From positions 463 through 64,462 of the forward strand of contig DATLBE010000007.1 of the NCBI GenBank assembly GCA_035527075.1: a stretch of DNA of 64,000 nt, written 5' to 3'. The notes beneath the pieces are model-generated. The model saw only the letters and a list, made by a program, of their open reading frames with translations. It ran no database searches and was not told the DNA's origin. Position numbers and translations under genes: made by a program. Origin of the DNA: Nevskiaceae bacterium. GTDB taxonomy: Bacteria; Patescibacteriota; Microgenomatia; PFEM01. Positions 8,686 to 15,860 of the stretch are shown piece after piece; position 1 is the first letter of the stretch, and the number at the start of each line of letters is the position of its first letter.

Positions 8686-8772
8686 GTTATATTAAGTACC
8701 GACTGGCTCCCCATCGTGGACGAAGTTCGGACTACTTTTAAGATTAAATTCGTAAATAAAGCCTTATTTTAA
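8686..8772 (+). repeat. Junction + tail WLPIVDEVRTTFKIKFVNKALF*
   Basis: gttatattaagtaccgactggctccccatcgtggacgaagttcggact. Confidence 0.9.
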
Positions 8773-9255
8773 AGGTTTCATAATAATTAAAGAACGCTCT
8801 TTATATCCTTGCAAGGCATAAAACTGACGTGCCAGTTTATTAGGAGCAAAAACATCTAAACGGGCAATGTCACAAGCTTGAGATTTAAAGTAATCTTCCA
8901 GCTTAGCCAAAAGCCTTTTTCCTATTCCTTTACTTCTATATTGTGGGGCAACATATAATTCATTAATTATCCCTGGTTTTGTCTGGATTGCCTCCATTTG
9001 TTCTTCTTTATCTTGACTGCCAATATAGCCACCAATAAAACCAATTAACCTATCTTTAATATGTGCTACATAAACTTTTCCTTGCTCCTCCCTTGCCTCT
9101 TTTAGCATTTTTTCTGTAAAATATTTTGCTCCGCCGCCCTTAAATTGAGTTTTATGCATATTATCTATTTTCTCAAGATATGCACCAAATTCAGACATTA
9201 AACTAACAATCTGTTTCCAGTCATTCTGCTGATACTCTCCAATAACAATTTTCAT
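8764..9255 (-). CDS. GNAT family N-acetyltransferase
   Basis: ELYVAPQYRSKGIGKRLL acetyl-CoA motif; N..A..FY...GY. Confidence 0.93.
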   Translation of the reverse strand: MKIVIGEYQQNDWKQIVSLMSEFGAYLEKIDNMHKTQFKGGGAKYFTEKMLKEAREEQGKVYVAHIKDRLIGFIGGYIGSQDKEEQMEAIQTKPGIINELYVAPQYRSKGIGKRLLAKLEDYFKSQACDIARLDVFAPNKLARQFYALQGYKERSLIIMKPLK

Positions 9256-9320
9256 TTTTTATCCCTCTTATTAATTCTACCACAAACCAAAAAATCCCAG
9301 AAAATCGGGCTTTCTGAAGC

Positions 9321-9452
9321 TAGCTCGAAGGGCGTAACCTTAATATAACCAAGAGTTTTCCCCATATTATCAAGGTATTTGAAGATTTCAGGTTTGTGCA
9401 GGAATTGAGAGAGGAAATAGAAAAAATGAAGATTGTAAACTCTTTAAGTTAA
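9321..9452 (+). repeat. Junction + tail LEGRNLNITKSFPHIIKVFEDFRFVQELREEIEKMKIVNSLS*
   Basis: Direct repeat of 7273-7383; its stop overlaps the stop of the convergent ORF 9449..10222. Confidence 0.9.
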
Positions 9453-10222
9453 GATAGCTCTGCAACCATGACTGGAGGAAGATAAGCCTTAATTAAACCA
9501 CCAACAGCCCCTTGGGTTAATTGACCTGCCAACCACTTAGAAGCTCTTTTTATTTGTCTAAAAATTTCAGTAATTTTACTTGGTTCCTTATTGTCTTTTT
9601 TAAGCTCATTTTCTAAACTACCTAAAAGTTCTATGGCTTTTTCTTGACTAGATGACTCTATGTTCTGCGGAATTTGTTCTCTTATTTTGTTAAATGAATC
9701 AGTAATGTCACCAATGTTAATGTTTGCATCTCCTGTTTGGATTGGGCTACTATCTCCGCTTGTAATATTTTTTTGGCCAACATAGTCACCACCATCAGCA
9801 CTAACTTTGCCGGTACCTGCTATATTAATATTTCCTTGCATATAAACGGTTCCACCTCCACCAGGCTGTCCTGCTTTACCTGGCTCACCAAATTTCAAAA
9901 TTGGCTCAGGCTCCTTTTTATCTAAACTACTAAAATCATATCTTTTATATTCTGCAACCTTACGTGTTACAAAGACTTTAATCTCGTAAGCTGCTTTTTT
10001 TCTAATCTCTCGATTGCCTTCCGTTGGGGTAATACTTTTGCTTAGCTGGACGAATTCTTGGTAATCACCTTCATCTAGATTCTTTAATACAGCAGCTGTG
10101 TCTGCTAACCAATTTTGTGTTACGTCTTGTCTAGGTAGATGATACAGTTGCACAACATCTAACTTTTCAAAAAGTTTAACCAACTCTTCAACTAGTTTTT
10201 TCTTTTTTTCTGATGGCTTCAT
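9449..10222 (-). CDS. Hypothetical protein with Gly-rich linker
   Basis: 257-aa ORF; GEPGKAGQPGGGG segment between helical regions. Confidence 0.7.
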   Translation of the reverse strand: MKPSEKKKKLVEELVKLFEKLDVVQLYHLPRQDVTQNWLADTAAVLKNLDEGDYQEFVQLSKSITPTEGNREIRKKAAYEIKVFVTRKVAEYKRYDFSSLDKKEPEPILKFGEPGKAGQPGGGGTVYMQGNINIAGTGKVSADGGDYVGQKNITSGDSSPIQTGDANINIGDITDSFNKIREQIPQNIESSSQEKAIELLGSLENELKKDNKEPSKITEIFRQIKRASKWLAGQLTQGAVGGLIKAYLPPVMVAELS

Positions 10223-10244
10223 AGAACTATGTAATTAATCCAAC

Positions 10245-10291
10245 GTGGTCAGATTAAGAAAATTCGGCTCCGCCTGATGGGCAAGGTCAGC
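10245..10291 (+). repeat. Degenerate junction (RLRLMGKVS)
   Basis: gtggtcagattaagaaaattcggctc matches gtggttagattaaaacaaattagctc at 7253. Confidence 0.65.
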
Positions 10292-10685
10292 GCCTGTTTT
10301 GTTTATCTACACTCCCAAATCTCAAATAATCTTTATTTGCATGATGTTGGTTCCCATAATGCTCTTCCCAAGTTCCCCAACCATGATAATAACTAGTTAT
10401 AGTCTCATCCTTAAAGTTCACTACATGTAAATCTCCATCATTCTGAAAATCTTTGGTATCATAAAAAGCCGTTTCTACTGCCATTTGACTCCCGGAAGGT
10501 TGAGTAATAACACATCCGAGAAGTTCGTTTCTTGGAGTTTCCCTCTCATTAATTCCACAATCCTTCAATTCTTGAAGGTATGTACCTGGCATTGGCAAGG
10601 TAGCTAAGGAACCCATACTTATCCGTCTTTTCGAAAACGAATCTAATTGGTCCTTTGTTAATTTTTTTGTTCTTGGTTTCTTCAT
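10287..10685 (-). CDS. Hypothetical protein
   Basis: 132-aa ORF bounded by junctions on both sides. Confidence 0.6.
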   Translation of the reverse strand: MKKPRTKKLTKDQLDSFSKRRISMGSLATLPMPGTYLQELKDCGINERETPRNELLGCVITQPSGSQMAVETAFYDTKDFQNDGDLHVVNFKDETITSYYHGWGTWEEHYGNQHHANKDYLRFGSVDKQNRR

Positions 10686-10690
10686 ATTTG

Positions 10691-10827
10691 GGTATAATAA
10701 GTTCCAACTGGCTCCCCCTAGTAGACTTATTCCGCAACCAAAAGATTGAGTTTGGTTTCAGTTTGCAAGAAGTCCAACAATTATTTTTCAGTCTCATGAA
10801 TAAATCCAATGGGACGATTTTAGAACT
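10691..10827 (+). repeat. Junction + tail WLPLVDLFRNQKIEFGFSLQEVQQLF..., followed by partial WDDFRT site (10810-10827)
   Basis: taagttccaactggctcccc shared with 12795-12814; ctccccctagtwgacttattccgcaaccaaaa shared with 12319. Confidence 0.85.
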
Positions 10828-10832
10828 TTTTG

Positions 10833-11171
10833 TCACAAAACAAGCTCATCTTCCTTCATTCCTGCAAGAAGTTGTGCATGTATATGATTAACGCTCTGCT
10901 TACCACCACAATGGAATCCCCAAGTGTACCCTTTACCCTTAATAGATGAAGTTTTGATAACTTTTTCAACCACGTTACCAATTTTTTGTAAAAGTGTTGG
11001 TTCTTTTTCCATCATCTCAGAAAAATCAGAGTAATGAGTTTTAGGCGTAATTAATAAGTGTGTTTTTGCTCGAGGATTATTATCGGCAAAAACCACAATG
11101 TCTTCGTCTTCGTACAAAATATCTTCTTTTTTCTCCTTTGCTGCAATTTTACAAAACACACAGTCATTCAT
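10833..11171 (-). CDS. HIT family nucleotide hydrolase
   Basis: DCVFCKI, HLLITPKTH, QSVNHIHAQ (HxHxQ variant). Confidence 0.92.
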   Translation of the reverse strand: MNDCVFCKIAAKEKKEDILYEDEDIVVFADNNPRAKTHLLITPKTHYSDFSEMMEKEPTLLQKIGNVVEKVIKTSSIKGKGYTWGFHCGGKQSVNHIHAQLLAGMKEDELVL

Positions 11172-11226
11172 AATCAAAGTATACTAAATTTTTGAGGTTA
11201 ATTTCAAATAACGTAAGAGATAGAGC

Positions 11227-11325
11227 TAGCTCGCCCTCCCCCGTAAGGTCACTACTCGAACCGAAGGCTGGTTGAAAGACTATCTATTAGGAGAAAGTAT
11301 AGCTGAATTTCAGTTCACCTTCTGA
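11227..11325 (+). repeat. Junction + tail LPRKVTTRTEGWLKDYLLGESIAEFQFTF*
   Basis: tagctcgcc-ctcccccgtaaggtcactactcgaacc; same L..RT spacing as other copies. Confidence 0.65.
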
Positions 11326-11346
11326 TACCCCCACCCCTCGACTCAC

Positions 11347-11400
11347 TATATTTTGCTCGCCGGATGGGACGATTTTCGAACATGTACCACTTGTTGGTAA
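11347..11400 (+). repeat. Junction + tail LLAGWDDFRTCTTCW*
   Basis: ttgctcgccggatgggacgattttcgaac; atgggacgatttt also at 10809. Confidence 0.75.
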
Positions 11401-11481
11401 GCATGCATTACACTCACACCTATTCCTTGTCGGTAAAATATCCTATTTTTCCTTGATATTGGACAAAAAGCAATATAGAAT

Positions 11482-12273
11482 ATGTTTGTGACTCCAGATA
11501 GGCTAAATCCAGCTGACATCCGAGAAAAACTTCAGACTCGCCCAATTATACAACCCCCCCTTATTGTTCCTGTTTTAAATGGTTTTCAACTTGATGGTTG
11601 GATAACCCCAGTTGGAGCAGTTCCAGGAAAAGGAAGGAGGGTAGTTGGTCAAGAAAATCTAAGTAAATTTCTTGCCTATCATTGTAATTCAACAGGATTC
11701 GAGCTTAAAGATGTTATTGCCGGGGAAGATGATGATTTGCAATCTTTTGTAATTAAATGTGGGAATCATCAGGGGTGTGTTGAACTAACAGGAAACAACA
11801 ATATTTTGGATAAAGAGTACCAGTTTAAAGGAGTGTCAGGTGGCCGGGTGGCCATTGGATTGCAATTCCTGTTGGCTAAATATGCAAGAAGCTCACAGGA
11901 CAGCTTGCGCTTCCCCTACCTGGGTACTAGTTTATCTCGAGGCAAAGTAAGTTATTTTCCTATGGATTTAAGAATACCTCTATTTCTGGCAGAAGTGCAA
12001 CAAGCATTAACTACCGCTGACTATCAAGCCTCTTTAATTCAAAAAGCCCTAGTAATGGCTCAGAGATTAGATTTAACTATAAACGCTCGAGATGGACTTG
12101 TTTTCACAAACGGATTGCTTAAAAAAGCAGCTGTTGTGGAGGGAAATGCATGTCAATATGATCTTGTTAGCTCGGGAGAATACGCTGGACATAATGTTGA
12201 CACTCCCAACCAAGCCATACTCCTTCATTGGGTTTGTGGGACTTTTATCAGGGATTTGACTGATTCACTTTAA
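11482..12273 (+). CDS. Hypothetical protein
   Basis: 263-aa ORF, no recognised motif. Confidence 0.7.
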   Translation: MFVTPDRLNPADIREKLQTRPIIQPPLIVPVLNGFQLDGWITPVGAVPGKGRRVVGQENLSKFLAYHCNSTGFELKDVIAGEDDDLQSFVIKCGNHQGCVELTGNNNILDKEYQFKGVSGGRVAIGLQFLLAKYARSSQDSLRFPYLGTSLSRGKVSYFPMDLRIPLFLAEVQQALTTADYQASLIQKALVMAQRLDLTINARDGLVFTNGLLKKAAVVEGNACQYDLVSSGEYAGHNVDTPNQAILLHWVCGTFIRDLTDSL

Positions 12274-12315
12274 TCTAGGTTTGAATATTTAGCATATTCA
12301 CCCTTCAGTGAACAC

Positions 12316-12434
12316 GTGCTCCCCCTAGTTGACTTATTCCGCAACCAAAAATTAGAGTTTGATTATAGCCTGAATGATGTTAAATTATTCTACGCAAGCC
12401 TAAAACTTCAAAAGATGGATAACTCTAACTTTAC
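12316..12434 (+). repeat. Junction + tail LPLVDLFRNQKLEFDYSLNDVKLFYASL...
   Basis: Repeat of the 10712 copy. Confidence 0.85.
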
Positions 12435-12551
12435 CTCGAAGGGTGTAACTTTAATATAACCAAGCATTTTCCCCATATTATCAAAGTTTTTGATGAACTT
12501 ATATTTGTTAGCCAATTAAAAGAAGAAATGGGGAAAGTAAAATACGTTTAA
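12435..12551 (+). repeat. Tail LEGCNFNITKHFPHIIKVFDELIFVSQLKEEMGKVKYV*
   Basis: Third, diverged copy of the 7276/9324 family; stop overlaps convergent gene stop (TTAA). Confidence 0.85.
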
Positions 12552-12766
12552 AATTTTGGAACTTTTAACCCAACACAGTTAAAAGTTCCACCAGAATCGT
12601 CTGCAGGCCCCGAAGGCCCACCAGTTTTAATAATTTTTCCAATACAAGTACAAGTTGGTTTTCCCCCAATACCTTCGAACACTGACCAAGTTCCGCAAGA
12701 ACTTAAAAAAGACCAAAGAAATAACAAGAGTGCCAAAACAAACAAACTCACTAATATTTTCTTCAT
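12548..12766 (-). CDS. Small secreted Cys-rich peptide
   Basis: MKK + hydrophobic signal, 4 Cys; -10 box 6 nt upstream of ATG. Confidence 0.65.
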   Translation of the reverse strand: MKKILVSLFVLALLLFLWSFLSSCGTWSVFEGIGGKPTCTCIGKIIKTGGPSGPADDSGGTFNCVGLKVPKF

Positions 12767-12787
12767 ATTCTTAATATATCACATTTA

Positions 12788-12859
12788 GATATATTAAGTT
12801 CCAACTGGCTCCCCATCGTGGACGATGTTAGAACTACTATTTACCAGATTTACCCGTAG
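12788..12859 (+). repeat. Junction + tail WLPIVDDVRTTIYQIYP*
   Basis: gatatattaagttccaactggctccccatcgtggacgatgttagaact. Confidence 0.9.
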
Positions 12860-13181
12860 ACCAAATCAAAAACAATCTCTTTTTAAACCCACCCCGCTTT
12901 TTTCGTTTCTGCTTTTGATATTCTTCGACCTGACGAAAACTTAATTTATAATGAGAAGCAATAGACTTAACCAACTCCAAAACATCAGCCAGTTCGTTCA
13001 GAAGCGACTTCTTTGGGGCATCCACCAATTCTTTTGATTCTTCCACCAATTTTTTCTTTAATTCTTTTTCAAATTCTATCTCACCCAAGATTCTGGTTTC
13101 GTATTCCCCTTTGTTAGCCTCGATAAATTCAGGGATTCTATCTCTGATGAGCTTGCGATGGTAATATCTCTTTTTTGTCAT
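12837..13181 (-). CDS. MazG-like / PRA-PH-like nucleoside triphosphate pyrophosphohydrolase
   Basis: KLIRDRIPE, KKLVEESKE, ELADVLE, KRGGF motifs. Confidence 0.88.
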   Translation of the reverse strand: MTKKRYYHRKLIRDRIPEFIEANKGEYETRILGEIEFEKELKKKLVEESKELVDAPKKSLLNELADVLELVKSIASHYKLSFRQVEEYQKQKRKKRGGFKKRLFLIWSTGKSGK

Positions 13182-13293
13182 ACCCCCATTTTACCAAAAC
13201 ACCCCTTCTAACAAAAACACAAATCAAAAAAGCCCATGAAACTGGGCAGAAATCACTTGAATATAAAAATATAAAAGCTATACTCTGCGATGG

Positions 13294-13734
13294 ATGGAAA
13301 AAGAACAAAAACTATCTAGACCCCCTGTGGTTCAAAAACACCCATTTGGGTGTGGTGTGGCCTGCACGGCTTTTATCTTAAATTTAAGCTACCAAGAAAC
13401 ATTGAAACTTTTTGGAAACGGCAAAGAAAAAGCCTGCAATTTTGGATTTTCCTGTGAAGAAATAGCTGAAGCCTTAAATAATTCAGGAGGACATTTTGAG
13501 CATCGACATATCAAAGACGAAATTAAAGGAAAAATATATCAAGACAATACAATTGTTTTCATTAAAAGATCTAAACAGTACCCTACTGGACATTACCTCT
13601 GCAGATTCAAAGGTTTATGGATGGATCCATGGATAAATTTTCCTCAAAATCAAAATATTAAAGAAGCTAAAGCGGGCTTTAGAATTAAATTACCAGATAA
13701 AGCTATCTACGCCATTCTCCAAAAGGAATATTAG
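13294..13734 (+). CDS. Peptidase C39-like (papain-fold) protein
   Basis: Q-x4-CG, GHY, WMDP: Cys-His-Asp triad layout. Confidence 0.7.
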   Translation: MEKEQKLSRPPVVQKHPFGCGVACTAFILNLSYQETLKLFGNGKEKACNFGFSCEEIAEALNNSGGHFEHRHIKDEIKGKIYQDNTIVFIKRSKQYPTGHYLCRFKGLWMDPWINFPQNQNIKEAKAGFRIKLPDKAIYAILQKEY

Positions 13735-13776
13735 CTCCCCGTATTGGACTCGAACCAGACAAATTCAGTCTGAAAA
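13732..13776 (+). repeat. Terminal junction: tRNA(Asn)-like 3' fragment on minus strand (plus-strand tail LPVLDSNQTNSV*)
   Basis: Minus strand GG-TTCGAGT-CCAAT-ACGGGGA-G-cta has T-loop/T-stem/acceptor spacing; rest of the tRNA is absent. Confidence 0.7.
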
Positions 13777-13992
13777 AGGCCAAAGCATCAGTTATAAGAA
13801 ATTTAAGGGAGCTGAAGCTGTCTTAATCTAGCCGATATAAAGTGTCTGGGAGCCAGCGCGTTTTTATTAGAACTTTTAGCCCTATTTTCCGTTTCCCCGG
13901 CCTTAATTTGGAGCTAAGAAATTTATGTTGGTGGTTGCAAAGCCGTTTAACTTAGGACAAAATATCAGTAAAAGAAAAAGAGGTGGTAAATA

Positions 13993-14109
13993 ATGGCAAA
14001 AACAAAAACTTCTACCTACGGTAAAAAGAAGCAGAAAATTGTACCGGTTCGCCGTTACAAAAAAGGTGGTAAGTGGGTTAAACAGCATAGGCGCTCTACC
14101 CCAAATTAA
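13993..14109 (+). CDS. 38-aa basic peptide MAKTKTSTYGKKKQKIVPVRRYKKGGKWVKQHRRSTPN (below ORF-track cutoff)
   Basis: Strong SD GAGGTG upstream, open frame. Confidence 0.6.
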   Translation: MAKTKTSTYGKKKQKIVPVRRYKKGGKWVKQHRRSTPN

Positions 14110-14312
14110 TAATAAATGCTTATTTTTGAAAAAGACTATGGATATGTTAGAACCTCATATTTAGAGCTTATTGAGGGTTTGATAATCCCAGAATATTGTT
14201 TCAAAACCTTGGATTGATTTTAGAGTATCTTTTACCAGATGTGCTAAATCAGTTAAGAAGGGTGTCAAGTAGCAAAACAAGTGACAGACTAGGTATAATT
14301 ATAGCCCATAGT

Positions 14313-14341
14313 TTGACAAATAGATAAAGAAGTGGTATTAT
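14313..14341 (+). promoter_or_regulatory. sigma70 promoter
   Basis: TTGACA-17 nt-TATTAT with TG extension. Confidence 0.75.
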
Positions 14342-14356
14342 ACAAACAATATGAGC

Positions 14357-14389
14357 ACCGCCTCTGTCGTAAGACAAGGGCGGTTTTTT
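14357..14389 (+). terminator. Terminator-like hairpin with GNRA loop
   Basis: accgcc..tgtc-gtaa-gaca..ggcggt followed by T-run. Confidence 0.7.
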
Positions 14390-14408
14390 GTTGTATAATA
14401 TGGTAAAC

Positions 14409-14618
14409 ATGGCTGAAAAAAGAAAAAAAAGAACGAGTAGCTATTTATATTGACGGAAGTAATTTTTACAATTATTTAAAAGATATATTCTTTTAGGAAA
14501 AACTAAAAAAGACAGATTATTACTTGTTATTTTTACATTGAAAAACAGAAAAGTAAGAATCATTTCAGCAAGAGATATTAATAGAAAAGAGGTGAAACTT
14601 TATGAAAAAACAGTTTAA
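14409..14618 (+). pseudogene. Chimeric remnant: NYN-domain N-terminus plus BrnT toxin C-terminus
   Basis: 14431-14496 ERVAIYIDGSNFYNYLK (NYN/PIN-like motif, out of frame with ATG 14409); 14481-14618 RYILLGKT...KVRIISARDINRKEVKLYE* (BrnT-like). Confidence 0.75.
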
Positions 14619-14862
14619 ATTACCTAAATTTAAAAATGAAGACCAGGAAAGAAAATTCTGGGCTAAAGTTGATTTAGCTGAATATTTTGAGCCAGCTGGT
14701 TTTCAGCCAGTTTCTTTTCCTAATCTTAAACCAACAACTCGATCAATTTCGATTCGTTTACCTGAGTATTTGATTGATAGAGTCAAAGAACAGGCTAATG
14801 AAATTAATGTTCCTTATCAGTCTTTAATCAAGGGTTATTTAAAAAAGGCGATTTTTGGATAG
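14602..14862 (+). CDS. BrnA/CopG-type antitoxin
   Basis: LPKFKNEDQERKFW, ISIRLP, VPYQSLIK motifs. Confidence 0.88.
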   Translation: MKKQFKLPKFKNEDQERKFWAKVDLAEYFEPAGFQPVSFPNLKPTTRSISIRLPEYLIDRVKEQANEINVPYQSLIKGYLKKAIFG

Positions 14863-14946
14863 GGGGACTCTTTTTACTAATGAAAACCAGATAGCAATGA
14901 TCGGTAAATTTTTTGAAAATTTAAAGGCCAAAGTTTCTAGCTAAAT

Positions 14947-15726
14947 TTATTCAATCCCCATCCATACTTTTTTTCCTATTCCCTCTTTTTTTATTTTTCT
15001 TACCGTTGTTAAGTAAAATTGGATTTCGTCATTATCTTCTTCCTCTGATTGCTCTTGAATAAACTTATTTAGGTAGCCCTGCATGTATCTATCCGGGCAA
15101 ACCAAAAGAATGGTCGGGAAAGGGTGGTGAGTGTTTATTTCCCAGACATTGGATGAATAATAATTAAAAAATCTAAAAATACGATGCCGTAAGGCATAAC
15201 GGGGAGTCTTCCTGACAAACATTTCCAAAAAATACCTTTTAGTTTCCCCCTGAGGTTCTTCAATGACAAAATATAAATCCGGCAGGGGCTCTGGAAGATA
15301 ATCGTGTTTGGCTAGATCAGTCCGGTTAAAGAAATGAAGTTTGGCTTTGTTTGCTAAGCAAAGATTTTCTAAATGAAAATAAATATCAGCTAAGAATAAG
15401 CTGTGGTTAATGAATTTCCTTGAGCGGAGGTTTTCCCGATAGATTCGGTTAAGCAGTGACTTGTTGATGTCTGGCTGTTTTTTTAAAACACCGGCGGCCT
15501 TTGATTTAAGATAATAAATGGCTGGCTGAATATTCTCCCCTAATTTCCGGGAATATATTCGGCCGAGATATTTGTTTTCGGTTAAGTCTTTTAGCCAGAG
15601 ATTGATTCGTCGGTGATCTTTGTGGTTAAGGAATTTCTGGAGGTGGCGTCTGTTAAGGAAGCGGAAGCGATGCAAGAGGATAAGTATTTCAGTTTGTTTT
15701 GAAGTCAGTTTTTTTGTTTGAGTCAT
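14947..15726 (-). CDS. Replication-relaxation (Replic_Relax) family protein
   Basis: N-terminal wHTH (ILILLHRFRFLNRRHLQ), HSLFLADIY, PDLYF...YFLE PD-(D/E)xK-like motif; directly downstream of coupling protein. Confidence 0.8.
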   Translation of the reverse strand: MTQTKKLTSKQTEILILLHRFRFLNRRHLQKFLNHKDHRRINLWLKDLTENKYLGRIYSRKLGENIQPAIYYLKSKAAGVLKKQPDINKSLLNRIYRENLRSRKFINHSLFLADIYFHLENLCLANKAKLHFFNRTDLAKHDYLPEPLPDLYFVIEEPQGETKRYFLEMFVRKTPRYALRHRIFRFFNYYSSNVWEINTHHPFPTILLVCPDRYMQGYLNKFIQEQSEEEDNDEIQFYLTTVRKIKKEGIGKKVWMGIE

Positions 15727-15860
15727 AAAGTCGTTTTTTTTCCTAACTTTTGACTTGTTTACGTTTCTTCTCCCTTATCTATAAGGGAAAGGGGTAGTAA
15801 TTATCAATATATTTAAGGCTAAATTTAATGTTTTTTTGTCCCAGAGCTCTAGGACAATTT

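Noticed and set aside
7276-9452. DGR template/variable repeat pair
   Set aside because: Differences are not confined to adenines, neither copy lies in a target gene, and there is no reverse transcriptase
9855-9890. Collagen domain in ORF 9449..10222
   Set aside because: Only about four G-X-Y triplets, too short for a triple helix
10549-10891. ORF-track ORFs 10655..10891 (+) and 10549..10836 (-) as genes
   Set aside because: They overlap better-supported genes; only the SSNWLPLVDLFRNQ portion is meaningful, as a start-less tail
4916-13776. Repeats as a CRISPR array
   Set aside because: Spacing is gene-sized and irregular, the repeats are modular hybrids, and no cas genes are present
4916-13776. 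Classical integron attC sites
   Set aside because: No consistent RYYYAAC...GTTRRRY ends with a long imperfect hairpin, no IntI, and cassettes carry their own promoters; IntegronFinder would be the formal test
13732-13810. Intact tRNA-Asn
   Set aside because: Only the T-loop to discriminator is present; no anticodon or D arm follows
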